Assembly (NCBI GenBank): GCA_902786975.1 | Contig: CADAES010000017.1 | Location: 7,998 to 71,997 of the forward strand | Source: an uncultured Ruminococcus sp. | Lineage (GTDB): Bacteria; Bacillota; Clostridia; Oscillospirales; Ruminococcaceae | Direction: 5' to 3' | DNA length: 64,000 nt | Shown here: piece after piece, positions 62,679 through 64,000 of the stretch | Layout of the letters: each line of letters starts with the position of its first letter | Position numbering within the stretch: position 1 is the first letter of the stretch | The notes under the pieces: generated by a model | The model's input: the letters and a program-made list of their open reading frames with translations, nothing else | What the model was told of the DNA's origin: nothing | Databases searched by the model: none | Program-made: the position numbers and the translations under genes

Positions 62679-63191
62679 ATGAACAAAACCGTGAAAAAAA
62701 TCATTTCAACTATTCTGGGAGTCCTGTTCGTAATCCTGGTAGTATGCGGTATCGTTGTTGCTACATACGTTTTCAACACTCCGTCAAAGGACGGCGAATC
62801 AAGACAGTTTATCATGGGTGACTGGATAGATGCGGATAACAACGTGAAGTTCGTATTCTCCGAGGAAGGCGACTTCTATATGTACGACACCAAGGACGGT
62901 GAAACTGTACTTGCCAAGGGATTTTTCAAGGTAAACGAGGACGACCACGCTCTGAAGCTGCTGCTCACTGAACATTCAAGCGATATGGATTTCGGCATCA
63001 AGCTGTGGTTCTTCTCCACAATTACCTACACAGACCTTAAATATCCTTCCGCTGAAGATATCGAATACGACAGACCGCACGACAAGGCTACCTGCAAGTT
63101 CCTGTTCCAGGACGCAAACGCTAAGGTTTACAAGTGCGAGAGAGACGGAGAAAAGAAGAACTTCTATGGCAAGAAGATAGACGAGAAATAA
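62679..63191 (+). CDS. hypothetical membrane-anchored protein
   Basis: N-terminal TM anchor, 170 aa, no recognised domain. Confidence 0.55.
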   Translation: MNKTVKKIISTILGVLFVILVVCGIVVATYVFNTPSKDGESRQFIMGDWIDADNNVKFVFSEEGDFYMYDTKDGETVLAKGFFKVNEDDHALKLLLTEHSSDMDFGIKLWFFSTITYTDLKYPSAEDIEYDRPHDKATCKFLFQDANAKVYKCERDGEKKNFYGKKIDEK

Positions 63192-64000
63192 TGGATATAC
63201 TTATCAAGAACGTTATTGCGGTAGACCCGCAAAGCAGCCTTAACACAGTCACGGACATCGGCATCAGCAACGGTGTCATCACAAGCATCGGAAAGACCGA
63301 CGAGCCTGCCGACAGAGTCATAGACGCAAGCGGCAGACTTGCGGCTTTGCCCGGTCTGTTTGATATGCACGTACATTTCCGTGACCCGGGGCAGACACAC
63401 AAGGAAGATATCATTACCGGAGCCGCCGCTGCAAAAGCAGGCGGCTTTACCGGAGTTGCATGTATGCCTAACACAAAGCCCGTTATCGACAATGCGGATA
63501 CGGTGAAGTATGTGCTGGACAAGGCGAAGAAAACAGGTATCGACGTACTGCCGATAGGCTGTGTCACAAAGGGCATGCAAAGCAAGGAGCTTTGCGACTA
63601 CGACGAGCTTAAAAGCGCCGGCGTATGTGCGCTATCCGACGACGGACGCCCTGTCGAGAACGCAGAGCTTATGAGGCAGGCTCTTGAAAAGTCTCTGGAC
63701 AACGGACTTTGTGTACTTTCGCACTGCGAGGACTTAAAAATAATCAACGGCGGCATCATCAACAAGGGTGAGATATCTCAGAAGCTCGGTGTCAAGGGAA
63801 TGGACAGGGCGAGCGAGGACTCTATAACCGCACGTGAGATTGCTCTTGCTATGAGCTGCGGTGCGCACATACACATCTGCCACGTTTCGACAAGAGGCTC
63901 GGTGAACATCATCAGAGCTGCAAAGCGTGACGGTGTCAACGTTACATGTGAGACTGCGCCGCACTATTTCACATTCACCGACGAGAAGCTTCTCAGCCGT
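63191..64000 (+). CDS. pyrC: dihydroorotase (5' part, truncated by the window end)
   Basis: ATG overlaps the preceding TAA. MDILIKNV...DMHVHFRDPG...ACMPNT motifs. Absent from the ORF track because no stop lies in the window. Confidence 0.9.
   Translation, partial: MDILIKNVIAVDPQSSLNTVTDIGISNGVITSIGKTDEPADRVIDASGRLAALPGLFDMHVHFRDPGQTHKEDIITGAAAAKAGGFTGVACMPNTKPVIDNADTVKYVLDKAKKTGIDVLPIGCVTKGMQSKELCDYDELKSAGVCALSDDGRPVENAELMRQALEKSLDNGLCVLSHCEDLKIINGGIINKGEISQKLGVKGMDRASEDSITAREIALAMSCGAHIHICHVSTRGSVNIIRAAKRDGVNVTCETAPHYFTFTDEKLLSR

Overview
This 64-kb window looks like origin-proximal chromosome from a Clostridia gut or rumen anaerobe, probably Oscillospiraceae/Ruminococcaceae-like; the taxon is my inference from gene content and RBS style. 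Most of it is housekeeping. It holds parB-parA with two perfect parS sites plus a Noc-like ParB, mnmE-mnmG-rsmG, polA, tsaD/rimI/rsmI, dut, zapA, rnhA-mnmA, ylxM-ffh-rpsP-KH, ruvX, manA, glcK, ilvD and the start of pyrC. Accessory content includes an ABC-2 exporter divergent from a HisKA_3 kinase and LuxR regulator, a cheW-cheB-cheR trio, a YfhO glycosyltransferase and a GT2, three tandem lipoprotein serpins, and a Spo0A-like protein with a degenerate receiver domain. No rRNA, tRNA, CRISPR-cas or transposase genes were seen. The most unusual material is non-coding. (1) A 1.4-kb unit at 50968-52383 runs from a promoter to a terminator with no credible ORF; it has a helix-rich 5' domain followed by about 13 degenerate units, each a near full-length complement of the 16S rRNA 3' tail plus ATG plus a 0-12 codon mini-ORF. 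(2) An orphan, cobalamin-riboswitch-like structured RNA has its own promoter and terminator and points at the 3' end of the Spo0A-like gene. (3) The three serpin paralogs share leaders with RBS-sequestering hairpins that co-vary. (4) Several families of MITE-like and hairpin-rich intergenic repeats show compensatory changes between copies. All calls come from reading the sequence and the ORF track. No database or covariance-model search was possible.
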